64,000 nucleotides of DNA from Macrostomum lignano. Lineage: Eukaryota. Positions 1-14,083 of this stretch are shown piece after piece. The translations under genes were made by a program, and so were the position numbers. A model generated the notes under the pieces. The model searched no databases. It had not been told where the DNA came from and saw nothing but the letters and a program-made list of their open reading frames with translations. The DNA lies in NCBI GenBank assembly GCA_002269645.1, contig NIVC01000061.1, positions 620,001 through 684,000 of the forward strand, read 5' to 3'. How positions within the stretch are numbered: position 1 is the stretch's first letter; each line of letters starts with the position of its first letter.

Positions 1-18
1 TTCGATACACCTCTACAG

Positions 19-3000
19 TGCTGACTAGCACCATTGCATTTCAGACTGAGCGAATGTTGAAGAATCAGACACAGGTGGGCACCGTCTCCGATACTATAAT
101 TTTGTCGCTGATGTTCTGCTCAAAGTTGTCTATTTTTGGTAGCCAGAGTAATTATTTTTTGCTTCAAAACTTGTTTATTAGCTAATCCAGTTACTTTATT
201 TTCTACAGCTTGTCATTCAGCCACGCCCAAACCTCCGCACTTTACTTTTCTACCCCTCACTATTTCCCACCCCATGCCCACCCCTCCGCACTCTAGGCTA
301 ATTTCCTACCCCTGCCGGTCCCCACCCCACCTCACGCCCGCCCCTCCGCACTCTAGTCTACTTTCCTACCCCTGCCGGTCCCCCACCCCACGCCCTGCCC
401 CTTCGCACTCTACGCTACTTTCCTCCCCACGCCCTGCCCCTTCGCACTCTACGCTACTTTCCTACCCTGCCAGTCCCCCACCCCACGCCCCGCCCCTCCG
501 CTCTCTAGGCTACTTTCCTACCCCTGCCAGTCTCAAACCCCACGCCCTGCCCCTCCACAGTCCAAGCCTTGCTACACATCCTCCAAATCAAGCTCTATTC
601 GTCATCCAACTAAGAGGAAATGGAATAATTAAAGTTTCTAACTTTCCATTCCAAACTGCAGGCTCTGCTTCAGGTAGCGCAAAATATATTTCGCAAACTG
701 GACGATTTAACAGTTTTACTGCGCGAAATTATGGCCGAGGCCAGAAATCTTACTCAGGCGGAACGGTGAGACATAGCTTTTTATCTTTCATACAGGCGCC
801 AGGTTAAAATCTACTGTATGATCGCATAACTGTCATCCTCCAGGTGTTCGGTGTTCCTGTTGGACAAGGAGACAAACGAACTCGTAGCCAAGGTGTTCGA
901 CGGACTGCCAACAACTTCAAATGAAAAAGAGGTGAGCAGCGCTTTGCGCTCAAATTTGCTGAAAACAATCAACTTTTATGTTTTAAGGTCGACTTTTATT
1001 TTTTCTGCATCTTTTATTTCGTTACTTGTGGCATGAATCAGTAGCGTCAGCTGGGTGTCAGGAGAAGTGTCAGAAGCGTCACTTGGGTGTCAGGAGAAGT
1101 GTCAGAAGCGTCAGCTGGGTGTCAGGAGAAGTGTCAGAAGCGTCAGCTGGGTGTCAGGAGAAGTGTCAAAAGCGTCAGCTGGGTGTCAGGAGAAGTGTCA
1201 GAAGCGCCACTTGGGTGTCAGGAGAAGTATCAGAGGCGCCAGTTGGGTGTCGTGAGGTGTCATGAGCGCCAGTTAGGTGTCAGGAGGTGTCAAAAGCGCC
1301 AATTGGGTGTCAGGAAGTGTCAAAAGCATCAATTGGATGACAGGAGATGTCAGAGGCACCAGTTGGGTGTCAGGGGGTGTCAGAAGCACCATTTTGGTGT
1401 CAGCAAGTTGGGTATCAAAGGGGCACCCGGGTGAGCGACTTTTGACATTCTAACTGACACTTCTGACACCTCCTCTTAACACCCATTCGCACTCTCTACG
1501 TTCTTGCCTGCAAATTTGACAACTCAGATACATGAAGATATTTAAGACTATTGTTTGCACCTTGTCAAAACGAGCACCTGGCACTAACTTGATTAACCCG
1601 AAGCCATCTAACCTCCGCTATTTTTTATCACAAGAGCTGAGAGCTTAATTCCAAATTGAATTCAATTTTGTACTGAATTTTTATTTTATTTTTAATAGTA
1701 GCTCAGACCTCACTTTACCTATTTATAAGTTTGTAATAAATGTAAAAGCAAGAACTTGTGTTTTCACAGCAGAAATTTTTTTAATTAGCTTTCTCGAATT
1801 GTTCTACATATTATTGTGTGTAGAACGCGGTAAAGTACGCTCGTACTCGTAGGATCCCTTGTACACCCTGCCTATGGATCAGAAAACCCAATTCTAAGAG
1901 TGGACACCCCGAATCTTAGAGTGGACACCCCAAATCTTAGAATGGACACCCCAATCTTAGAGTGGACGCCCCCAATCTCTAAATGGACACCCAGCAATAA
2001 ATGCGGCTTTATTTAGCCTCACAAAATTTATTCTCAGAAATAATCAGACCTTTCTGACAATTTCATACTTTCACACTCAATTCAGGTTTTGCAGAGAAAG
2101 TTGATTCTGTCAGACGGCACAGAAATCGAGGTTAATACTCTCCGCAGTTTATAATTCTCGAATATCTTAACTGTATCGCGATACGCGCAAAGCTTGCAAG
2201 ATGTGATCCCCGCGACATTCTGCCGAATTAGTCCAGTGTCGCTCTGATTTTCTTTGCTTCGCTTTAGGATATCTTTGTGTCAATCCGCCCTATCCATCGG
2301 TTGCCTACTTGCAGTAGCCAGTATAGCTTATTTATTCGAAGTTAATTAAATCTGCGTTAAATTTTATTGTAGTGTATTTTAATCATATGTAATCTCCTAG
2401 TAGCCAATAGTTTATTTGGAGCTTGCGTGTCCGAAAATTGGCCCTGGGGGGGGTTGTCGTGCGATTCACAAGCCACGAGGGCCAGCCCCAAGGCGCACGG
2501 AGTGTGCACTTAGGAGTCAGTGGAATGGGCAGACTTGCCTCAATGCTGGTTGTGGCACAATGTCCCCAAAGACGTTGCGTCAGGGTGCCCGCAGCCTCTA
2601 AAAGTAAAGTTGTCTCTAAAATTAAATAATTAAAGAAACAAAAAATGGAAATAATATTGACTTTCATGTTGTCATACCGAGTGAACCTTCTGAGTTGGTA
2701 TAATTCCGAAAAGAAAGAATATTTCGAAAAGAGCCCCAATTCAGTAAAACAAAAATTTCCGGTGTTCAGCATTCTCGACTAGTGATGTACGTGCAATAGT
2801 TAGATACAACTGTTGAAGGAGTTGCTCCCCAGCGTGACTCATATCTATTCTTGATATTGTCGCTTCACTATCAATGCTTTTTAATAGCTGGAATTATTAA
2901 TTTAGTACATCGTGTACTTTCAAAGTGTCTGTGAATTTGTGTGTCTCTGTTTTCAACCGCCACCCTTTCGCAAATGGTTTCTGTCTTCAGTGTTTGAAAG

Positions 3001-5359
3001 CACTTTGATCTCAACTACTCGAGAAAAGTTTTTATTAATATTTACAGCAACCGGTGGAAATTCGAATTCCGGCCAATCACGGCATCGCTGGCTACGTGGC
3101 AACTAAAGGTAAAAATTGCAGTTTAACGGAATACTCACATGCACTCGAACAGGTGATTCTAAAGATGCAAAAAATTTTTTTAAATTTTCCAGGTGAAATG
3201 CTCAACATCAAGGATGCTTACTCGCACCCGCTGTTCTACAGCAAGGTTGACGAGGACACCGGATTCAGAACCAGGTTAGGAATTTTAGCTCTCAAGCATT
3301 ATTGCGGCTGAGCAATGGCTCCCATGGCCCGTCTGAACCATTTTTCAGAAACATTCTGTGCTTCCCAATACAAGACGAAAGCGGAACCATTGTTGGAGTT
3401 GCTCAGCTCTGCAACAAAATCAACGCCGCCCACTTCTCAAACTTTGATGAGGACATTGCCAGGGCCTTCTCAGTGTACTGTTGCATCAGCATTATTCATG
3501 TGAGACCTGGGTGCTGATTGGCTGCCTGGCAACTCATGCTTTGATGCTCAGTCTCTGTGATATCACACCTGAGGATACTCAGTCTCTAGGATATCACACC
3601 TGAGGATGCTCAGTCTCTGGGATATCACACCTGAGGATGCTCAGTCTCTGGGATATCACACCTCAGGATGCTCAGTCTCTGGAATATCACACCTGAGGAT
3701 GCTCAGTCTCTGGAATATCACACCTGAGGATGCTCAGTCTCTGTGATATCACACCTGAGGATACTCAGTCTCTGGAATATCACACCTGAGGATACTCAGT
3801 CTCTGGAATATCACACCTGAGGATGCTCAGTCTCTGTGATATCACACCTGAGGATACTCAGTCTCTGGAATATCACACCTGAGGATGCTCAGTCTCTGTG
3901 ATATCACACCTGAAAATACTTAGTCTCTGAGATATCACACCTGAGGATGCTCAGTCTCTGGGATATCACACCTCAGGATGCTCAGTCTCTGGGATATCAC
4001 ACTTGAGGATGCCCAGTCTCTAGGTCTAGGATATCACACTTGAGGATACTCAGTCTCTGGGATATCACACTTGAGGATACTCAGTCTCTGGGATATCACA
4101 CCTGAGAATGCTCAGTCTCTGGGATATCACACCTGAGGATGCTCAGTCTCTGGGATATCACACCTGAGGATGCTCAGTCTCTGGGATATCACACCTGAGG
4201 ATGCTCAGTCTCTGGAATATCACACCTGAGGATGCTCAGTCTCTGTGATATCACACCTGAAAATACTTAGTCTCTGAGATATCACACCTGAGGATGCTCA
4301 GTCTCTGGGATATCACACCTCAGGATGCTCAGTCTCTGGGATATCACACTTGAGGATGCTCAGTCTCTAGGTCTAGGATATCACACTTGAGGATACTCAG
4401 TCTCTGGGATATCACACTTGAGGATACTCAGTCTCTGGGATATCACACCTGAGAATGCTCAGTCTCTGGGATATCACACCTGAGGATGCTCAGTCTCTGG
4501 GATATCACACCTGAGGATGCTCAGTCTCTGGGATATCACACCTGAGAATGCTCAGTCTCTGGGATATCACACCTGAGGATGCTCAGTCTCTGGAATATCA
4601 CACCTGAGGATGCTCAGTCTCTGGAATATCACACCTGAGGATGCTCAGTCTCTAGGATATCACACCTGAGGATGCTCAGTCTCTAGGATATCACACCTGA
4701 GGATGCTCAGTCTCTGGAATATCACCATCCCCGCCCTCTCACAGTCGCTGATGTACAAGAAGGTGCAGGCAGCGCAGGCGCGGCACCAGCTAGCCACCGA
4801 GCTGATGACCTACCACATGCACGTGCCGGACCGCGGCATCGAAGAGCTGACGTCGGCCCCCACCAAGCGCATGGAGGACTTCTGCCCCAACTTCGACAGC
4901 TTCGTCTCAGTGCCGCGCCATGTGGCCGACTCGGACACCTGCCAAGCCGTCATGTTCATGTTCGATGACCTCAGCCTGACCAAGCAGTACCGGATCCACC
5001 GGACCACGCTGGCCCGCTTCGTCCTGCTGGCGCGCAAGGGCTACAGGGACCCTCCCTATCACAACTGGTCTCACGCCTTCTCAGTGGCTCACTTCACCTA
5101 CCTCTGTCTGAAGAATTTGCGACTAGAAAACTACCTGACTCCGCTTGAGTACTTCTCGTTTCTGGTGGCCTCGCTCTGTCACGACATTGACCATCGAGGC
5201 ACCAACAACTCGTTTGAGAACTCCAGCGGCTCGGCTCTGTCCGGCCTGTACAGCTCGGAGGGCTCCGTGCTGGAGCGGCACCACTTCTCACAGACCGTCT
5301 GCATCCTCAACAGGGAGGGCTGCAATGTGTTCGAGAATCTGTCTGAGAAGGTGAGCGCC

Positions 5360-5395
<36 letters not shown>

Positions 5396-7392
5396 GCAAC
5401 CATCTATTGCCAGGACCTGCACCGGAGCGGTTACGAAAATTAGATTTCTCGGTAGTTGCTCGCACTCTTTTGCACTACTTGAGTAGTCTGATTTTCGTTC
5501 GGCATGGCTGGTTCCAGTAGGTAGTTCCTCTGGATAAAAGCGCTTACCGCGCCCATTGGCTTTCCAGCTGCCTTAATCGTTTCCGGTGATCTTGTGTGCG
5601 TGCTTTCAGCGTGATTGGCTGCGGCAAGATCTATCTATCTATCTATCTATCTATCTGTTTATGAATCCATAAATCAATAAACTAACCAATCAATCCCGCT
5701 CAGGAGTACTCGGCAGTCCTGGACATCATTCGCGACATCATTCTGGCCACCGACTTGGCCCATCATCTCAAAATTCGCAAAGACATCGAAGCCATGGTCA
5801 GCCAGAAGAAGTTTGACGTTCATAATCAGCAGCACCGCTACCTGCTGCTCTGCCTGCTGATGACCGCCTCGGACCTCAGCGACCAGACCAAGGTGTGGAA
5901 GAACACCAGGCAGGTGGCCAAGCTCATCTATCAGGAGTTCTTCAGCCTTGGCGACAAGGAGAAATCGCTGGGCAAGCAGCCGGCGGAGGGCATGGACAGG
6001 GACAAGGCGGACATCCCGCAGCTGCAGGTCAACTTCCTCAACATCATCGCTGCGCCCGTGTACAAGTGAGCCGCGTCAGACATTTGCATGCATGATTCAA
6101 TCTCATTTGCCTCACCTCAGTCTGAGATTTCAAATCTCTCACCTTTAGAAGTGAGAGGTGAGATGTTAGATCTCAAATATATCACCTCTGAGATCTTAAA
6201 TCTATCCCATTTGAGATCTTAAATCTCTCACCTCTGAGAACTCAAATATATCACCTCTGAGATCTCAAATATATCACCTCTGAGATCTCGAATCTCTCAC
6301 CTCTGAAATCTCAAATCTTTCAAATCTGAGATCTCGAATCTCTCACCTCTGAGATCTCGAATCTCTCACCTCTGAGATCTCAAATTTGTCATCTCTGAGA
6401 TCTCAAATCTCTCACCTCTGAGATCTCAAATCTCTCACCTCTGAGATCTCGAATCTCTCACCTCTGAAATCTCAAATCTTTCAAATCTGAGATCTCGAAT
6501 CTCTCACCTCTGAGATCTCAAATTTGTCATCTCTGAGATCTCAAATCTCTCACCTCTGAGATCTCGAATCTCTCACCTCTGAAATCTCAAATCTTTCACC
6601 ACTGAGATCTCAAATCTTTCATCTCTGAGATCTCAAATCTCTCACCTCTGAGATCTCAAATCTCTTACCTCTGAGATCTCAAATATATCACCTCTGAGAT
6701 ATCGAATTTGTCATCTTTGAGATCTCAAATATATCACCTCTGAGATCTCGAATCTCTCACCTCTGAGATCTCAAATCTCTTACCCCTGAGATCTCAAATA
6801 TATCACCTTTGAGATCTCAAATCTCTCACCTCTGAGATCTCAAATCTCTCACCTCTGAGATCTCAAATATATCACCTCTGAGATATCAAATTTGTCATCT
6901 CTGAGATCTCAAATCTCTCACCTCTGAGATCTCAAATCTCTCACCTCTGAAATCTCGAATCTCTCACCTCTGAGATCTCAAATCTCTCACCTCTGAGATC
7001 TCAAGTCTCTCACCTCTGAGATCTCAAATCTTTCACCTCTGAGATCTCGAATCTCTCACCTCTGAGATCTCAAATCTCTCACCTCTGAGATCTCAAATCT
7101 CTTACCTCTGAGATCTCAAATCTCTCACCTCTGAGATCTCAAATCTCCCACCTCTGAGATCTTATCTGTATTCTCTATGAAGCAAATTTCCCAGCTCCAG
7201 CAAGGCAAGTCCCACCATCACTCCCTCAGAGCCATGGAGCAGATCTGGCCCAACGAGTGCGGCGTTCTCTGCAAGCAGATCGAGCGCAACATCAGCAACT
7301 GGAAGACGATCCGACAAAAACTTGAGAACAAGGAAGTTGAGAAGACAGACAGGACCATCTTTGAAGAGTGCCTGGTATCTGACGATGAATGA
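19..7392 (+). CDS. PDE2: cGMP-stimulated cyclic nucleotide phosphodiesterase PDE2-like (GAF-B + catalytic HD domain), 5' part outside window
   Basis: Exons 19-74, 662-765, 844-931, 3048-3108, 3193-3274, 3349-3499, 4745-5350, 5704-6065, 7230-7392, all GT-AG and phase-consistent. Translation [55 protein letters not shown] (GAF), then [46 protein letters not shown]; closely follows PDE2A as I recall it. Confidence 0.95.
235..560. repeat. Degenerate C-rich tandem repeat (about 45-50 bp) in PDE2 intron
   Basis: Recurrent CCCTCCGCACTCTA..TTTCCTACCCC. Confidence 0.8.
1043..1430. repeat. 32-bp minisatellite decaying 3'
   Basis: AGCGTCAGCTGGGTGTCAGGAGAAGTGTCAGA. Confidence 0.9.
1890..1993. repeat. 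About 21-bp repeat, about 5 copies
   Basis: TCTTAGAGTGGACACCCC. Confidence 0.8.
3543..4725. repeat. 31-bp minisatellite in PDE2 intron
   Basis: GGATGCTCAGTCTCTGGGATATCACACCTGA. Confidence 0.95.
5361..5655. repeat. Two short (ATCT)n microsatellites near the ends of a PDE2 intron
   Basis: About 5361-5394 and 5628-5655. Confidence 0.85.
6120..7162. repeat. 23-bp minisatellite in last PDE2 intron
   Basis: TGAGATCTCAAATCTCTCACCTC. Confidence 0.95.
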
Positions 7393-9179
7393 TGACTGAA
7401 AATATTAGCGCAGCTGCACAAGCTTTGCTCATGAAATATTCACCAATTTAGATCTATTTTATGTGATCAATTTCCAATGAGTTTTTGTCATGACGCAGCC
7501 GAACTCCCCAGCCAGCCATTGATGGAGAGTTTCTGATCTCCCTTATTTTTTCTGCTTTTTCGTATTAAATTTGAATAGTTCATCGATTTTGGAAAATTTT
7601 AAAATGTTCTTCTTGAGACAGCTGCTTCTAATAGTACTTTTATGTGTAGTTTATTGTATCATCCACTGTTAGAGTCCGTTACGATAGATGTCAATTATAG
7701 AACCGTTCTGCATATCAGCGCATCGTGACAACCCTGCTCTCAGAAATTCTCTATTTTGTTTTGAATTCTATCGCCACGGATTTGTAGTTCCCAAGTAGCT
7801 CAGCTGGCGGCGGCATTTCCCTTTGAACTCGAGTCTGTCTTCTTGGTGGATTTAACATTTGCTTTTTAAATGTTTTTATTTGCCAGCTTTCAATCAATCA
7901 GTCTGCTTCTCATGCTCATCTTCATCTTCGGGATGAGTTTAATTGGTCGAGGAGATTTCTCGGGAACATCTGTTCACCTCACTCTCACCTCACCCTCACC
8001 ATCAGCATGACGCTAAATGCAGATTTATCTCAAATAGGAAATACCTGAAATAGGGGAATCACTAACTACAGTAGCAAGAGTAGAATGTGAAGCAAATTTA
8101 TTACAGTCTGTGTTAATACAGTTTCAAAATGACAGTAAAAAACACTTATAATAAACACTGTGTGGAGTTTGAGGGTTTAAGCTTGGAGCCAAAAGAAGCC
8201 TTGGTCTTTAAAAATACATTAAAATGCTTCAGTTTAACTTACTACTGAACTGAAAGTAGCTTGCACGCAAATGTGCTGAGTGGCCCAATCTGGTTATTCT
8301 ACAAGTATTGAACAGTAGCTGTGGTCACCAGCGACCAGTTTCACTTTCTCTTGGGGAGCACCCTCTGGCAAAATGACTAGTAAAATTTTACTTAATCGCG
8401 AATTTTTTCGTCAACTCGAAAACTATATTTTTTGCTCACGGTTGCAGCTCTGTTTTGTTCGCGATGTGTTTAGTATTACTGAGCAACTCATTCATGTAGT
8501 TTCCGATATTGCCTGAAAGAGCAACTTGAGAAGGAGGACCGGAAACTGCGTTTCTTAGAGGCAGGTTTTCCCGAGCGAAAAAATACATTACAGTGAATGA
8601 AGTTTGCCATATTTTCAGCACCGCATTTACAACAAATGAGACAAAGTTGAGTAGGCTTGGCTTTTGTTATAATAAATATGGCATTTCAATTAGTATATTA
8701 TTAAAGCCTTTTATTCTAAACAAAAAGAAAGGCAAGTAATATCAAAAGATATACTCTGGGTCTGCCTCCTATCAAAATCAATTAAAAATTTAGTTCTGTA
8801 AAAGTGAAGTAATTCTGCTTCAGGTAAAACCTGCCTCCTTAAAATTTCCAAGAAACGGTGTTTCCAGTCCTTCTACTTGAGTAGTCCTTGACTGCCTGAC
8901 TCCGGCTACTCAATAACATTGCTAATTTGACTCGCGCGCTTGCTAGTAGCAAATTCTTACTTATTAATTTGAAAAATAATCATTTCTCTGCTGCGAATCT
9001 CGGCTGTTTCAATCGCATGTTCAAGTGCATGGCTGAAAAACTATGGCAAAATCGCTTTACATTCGACTGAAAAAAACATTTCACAATTCGGATTTGCTTT
9101 GCCTTTTTGGACTCATTTTTATTGGCCCAACGACATCAGCCCAGCCAATCAGGTCTCACTGACCAAATTTACGAGTAAT

Positions 9180-9980
9180 ACTCAGCCACACTGGATCAGC
9201 CAATCCAATCGGAGTTTTACAACCCAGCCACACTGGCTCAGTCAATCCAATTGGAGTTTTACAACCCAACCACACTGGCTCAGTCAATCCAATTGGAGTT
9301 TTACAACCCAACCACACTGGCTCAGTCAATCCAATTGGAGTTTTACAACCCAACCACACTGGCTCAGTCAATCCAATTGGAGTTTTACAACCCAACCACA
9401 CTGGCTCAGTCAATCCAATTGGAGTTTTACAACCCAACCACACTGGCTCAGTCAATCCAATTGGAGTTTTACAACCCAACCACACTGGCTCAGTCAATCC
9501 AATTGGAGTTTTACAACCCAGCCACACTGGCTCAGCCAATCCAATTGGAGTTTTACAACCCAACCACACTGGCTCAGTCAATCCAATTGGAGTTTTACAA
9601 CCCAACCACACTGGCTCAGTCAATCCAATTGGAGTTTTACAACCCAACCACACTGGCTCAGTCAATCCAATTGGAGTTTTACAGCCCAGCCTCACTGGCT
9701 CAGCCAATCCAATTGTAGTTTTACAACCCAACCACACTGGCTCAGTCAATCCAATTGGAGTTTTACAGCCCAGCCTCACTGGCTCAGCCAATCCAATTGT
9801 AGTTTTACAACCCAGCCTCACTGGCTCAGCCAATCCAATCGGAGTTTTACAACCCAGCCTCACTGGCTCAGCCAATCCAATTGTAGTTTTACAACCCAGC
9901 CTCACTGGCTCTGCCAATCCAATCGAAGTTTTACAACCCAGCCACACTGGCTCAGCCAATCTAATCGAAGTTTTACAATC
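9180..9980. repeat. 42-bp minisatellite upstream of lipase gene
   Basis: CCCAACCACACTGGCTCAGTCAATCCAATTGGAGTTTTACAA. Confidence 0.95.
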
Positions 9981-10335
9981 AAACCATGCTCATTACAGGC
10001 ACACTTTGTATAATCGACCTAAATGTAGTTGATTAAGACTTTCCCAAATAAGTGCATGATATTTACTAAATCTTATAGTTTGAACTTGGAATTCTCAAGG
10101 CATTTGCTGCAGAGCTCTAGAAACTTATCTATGCACTGATTAAGGTGGTACATGACCGCCTATATCTTATCAATCTAGTGCAATAAAAGCAGAAAAGATA
10201 TGCAGACAATTCACAGTTGATACCGAGAAAGTTTAAAACGGTAGGTGCAAACTCGAGGTCAGAAAAAGCGATTCGAAAGCAAAATATTTTTCTGCACAGA
10301 TTTGTTTTTCAGTAGCAAAACAGGCCCGCGGCGGG

Positions 10336-13300
10336 ATGAGCCAAGGCGCTCCGTTTTCGGCTCCAGTCTTCTGGTTCGTTTCATTGCTGCTTTTAGCAGC
10401 ATGCTGCCAGGGGTCTGACAGCCAAGAAAGAACCCCAGTCATCTTGGGTGAGATGCGGATTATTTTGATGGATCTGTGTACCTAACAAACCCAGTTGGGC
10501 CATAGACTACTGAGGGCTGGCTCAATGCATTTGTAGCCATAGACTACTGAGGGCTGGCTGAATGCATTTGTAGCCATAGACTACTGAGGGCTGGCTGAAT
10601 GCATTTGTAGCCATAGACTACTGAGGGCTGGCTCAATGCATTTGTAGCCATAGACTACTGAGGGCTGGCTCAATGCATTTGTAGCCATAGACTACTGAGG
10701 GTTGGCTCAATGCATTTGTAGCCATAGACTACTGAGGGCTGGCTCAATGCATTTGTAGCCATAGACTACCGAGGGCTGGCTCAATGCATTTGTAGCCATA
10801 GACTACTGAGGGCTGGCTCAATGCATTTGTAGCCATAGACTACTGAGGTCTGCATGGCTCAATGCATTTGTAACCATAGACTACTGAGGGTTGGCTCAGT
10901 GCATTTGTAACCATAGACTACTGAGGGTTGCTCAATGCATTTGTAACCATAGACTACTGAGGGTTGACTCAGTGCATTTGTAACCATAGACTACTGAGGG
11001 TTGGCTCAATGCATTTGTAACCATAGACTACTGAGGGTTGGTTCAGTGCATTTGGAACCATAGACTACTGAGGGTTGGCTTAGTGCATTTGGAACCATAG
11101 ACTACTGAGGGTTGGCTCAATGCATTTGTAGCCATAGACTACTGAGGGCTGGCTCAATGCATTTGTAGCCATAGACTACTGAGGGTTGGCTCAGTGCATT
11201 TGGAACCATAGACTACTGAGGGTTGGCTCAGTGCATTTGGAACCATAGACTACTGAGGGTTGGCTCAGTTCATTTGGAACCATAGACTACTGAGGGTTGG
11301 CTCAGTTCATTTGGAACCATAGACTACTGAGGGTTGGCTCAATGCATTTGGAACCATAGACTACTGAGGGTTGGCTCAGTGCATTTGGAACCATAGACTA
11401 CTGAGGGTTGGCTCAATGTATTTGGAACCATAGACTACTGAGGGTTGGCTCAGTGCATTTGGAACCATAGACTACTGAGGGTTGGCTCAGTTCATTTGGA
11501 ACCATAGACTACTGAGGGTTGGCTCAGTTCATTTGGAACCATAGACTACTGAGGGTTGGCTCAATGCATTTGGAACCATAGACTACTGAGGGTTGGCTCA
11601 GTTCATTTGGAACCATAGACTACTGGAGGGTTGGCTCAGTTCATTTGGAACCATAGACTACTGGAGGTTTGGCTCAGTTCATATGGAACCATAGACTACT
11701 GAGGGTTGGCTCAATGCATTTGGAACCATAGACTACTGAGGGCTGAACTGAGGAATTAACTTCAAATGCTGGTGTATTGCGGACAGTTCAGCTACCTAAC
11801 CAGGAAAGATACTCGTGACAATATCAGACTCTTTTCGAAAACAACCATTGCAGTGCCAGGAAACGGTGGCAGCCAGCTGTGGGCCCACCTGAACGGCGCT
11901 GAGAGTCCCTGGTACTGCCGACGGAGGTCCCCCGAGGGCAGGCCGCAACAGCTGTGGCTGGAGATGAGCAGCCTGCTCTATCCAGCTGTAAACTGCATGG
12001 CCTACAACCTAGTGTGAGCTAAAATCCTCATTTTATTACGCTGGGGAAGTTTTCTCTTGCTGCAGAAGTCAGTTTTTTTTGACAATTATGAATGATTTCA
12101 AGATATTTCAATGCTGATTATTAACAAACTTTATACCGATAAAAGCGAGTGATTAAGGAAAGAATTACAACCTCTAGTTAATTTAACGGACTCGTTCGTT
12201 ATGAGATTATTAATTTGTATAAAACTACGTATATATTTTGAAAACGATACGAAACAAACTCAAAATCGTTCAGACTGCTATCAATAAATCTAACCAATGT
12301 ACCCAATTGCAAACTAGTATCTTAGATAGCTCCGCATGCATTCAACGGCGACGCCGGTACCCCTTGGATGGATACTTTTCGTTGCCGTAGCCGTTGCCGT
12401 TGTCCTTGGCATCCTCATTGCCGTTGTAGATGTAGCTTCCGTACTCAGAACCTGCACTGTAGTCGTGGCGTCCAGTTCCGTAGCCTTTATGGCTCTCATC
12501 GCCGTGGCCTCCGTAGCCTTCATAGCCCTCATCGCCGTGGCCTCCGTAGCCTTTAGTGCCGTAGCCGCCGTAGTAGCCTCTAGAGCCGCGGCCTCCATAG
12601 CCACCGCCGTAGCTATCGTAGAGATCAGAGCTGCCATGGCCTCCAGCGTGAGCAGCTGCAACTGCGATCAGAGCGGCGGACACGATCAGAAGCTTCATAC
12701 TGGATATTGCTAGTTGTCCCAAGTTGAAAGTTGATCAATCGAGTTTATCGATACTGCTGGTGTAGGTAATAGATTATAATAGTGATAAGTGGCTCTATTT
12801 ATGGTGCCTGGCCTGGGTTTGGGGTGGACATGACATTTACAGTCCAGTGCGGTTTATTCCAGTTCTTAACCATACAGGGAAGCCTGAAAAATGTACATAC
12901 ATAGTAGACGCGCACAAAATTTACTGGCTATTTTGTTTCAACCAATCAGCTTCAAGACAGGGGTTAGGGTTTAGGGGGTGCGAGATTTCCCCTCGCGTTC
13001 ACTTAATGTGAGCGGTGAAACCCACCACACCCCAATTCTGAGCCGGGCAAGTCTCGCGGACCGTTAAAATCACAGCGCAATCCCACCTCGCTCAACCAGC
13101 CACAACTGGTTTAATTGAATTGTTTTTTTCATGCTTAATGATATTAATTAGATAGCGTTTAAAGAATAATTAGTTGGACAAGACATTTGCAAATGGACCA
13201 TATAAACAGTTCAGTTCCGACTGTTCCGACAATTCATTTGCAATGGGTCAGATCCGCGGATTTATTATTTTTTTATTTTAAATAAAAAACGCGAAAACAG

Positions 13301-13747
13301 CAGCTTGCACCTTGATCATAATTCTTAATCACAGGCTAAAGACTCAGCCGGAAAGCTTTCTAACCGCGGCATCGACTCACGACAATGTCGGAGTGCAAAC
13401 TTTCGTGCCCGGCTTTGGAATCGTCGACACTGTGCTGTGGCTCTCTAACTGGCAGACAAAGTACAGTGAGTACTTCGTGGATTATGAGCACTGGCGTTAG
13501 TTTATTTGATTAGATATTTCATTGACACATTCACCAAACTATCAACTTAGTATTTTATTGATACCATAAAAATTTATTATTGTAATATGCATGTAGTATT
13601 CAGAACGATTCTTAACAGCTTCTTAAAATTTTCCTTCCAGCCGCCTACTACTCAAGCATTGTTGCTCACCTAGAGGAGAAGCTCAACTACACAAAAAATA
13701 TCGACATCAAAGCCGCCCCGTACGACTTCCGGAAGGCGCCAGGTTGG

Positions 13748-13805
<58 letters not shown>

Positions 13806-13808
13806 CAA

Positions 13809-13893
<85 letters not shown>

Positions 13894-13937
13894 CAAAGAC
13901 AGACAGACAGACACAAAGACAGACAGACAAACAGACC

Positions 13938-13969
<32 letters not shown>

Positions 13970-13985
13970 GGCAGGCGGGCGGGCA

Positions 13986-14083
<98 letters not shown>

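Noticed and set aside
7793-7835. GTAGCTCAGCTGG resembling a tRNA A-box
   Set aside because: No B-box or cloverleaf follows.
9099-10013. 304-aa ORF and overlapping ORFs
   Set aside because: Pure translation of the 42-bp minisatellite, open in several frames and on both strands; no coding signature.
12960-12978. GGGTTAGGGTTTAGGG telomere-like sequence
   Set aside because: Only two units; not a telomeric array.
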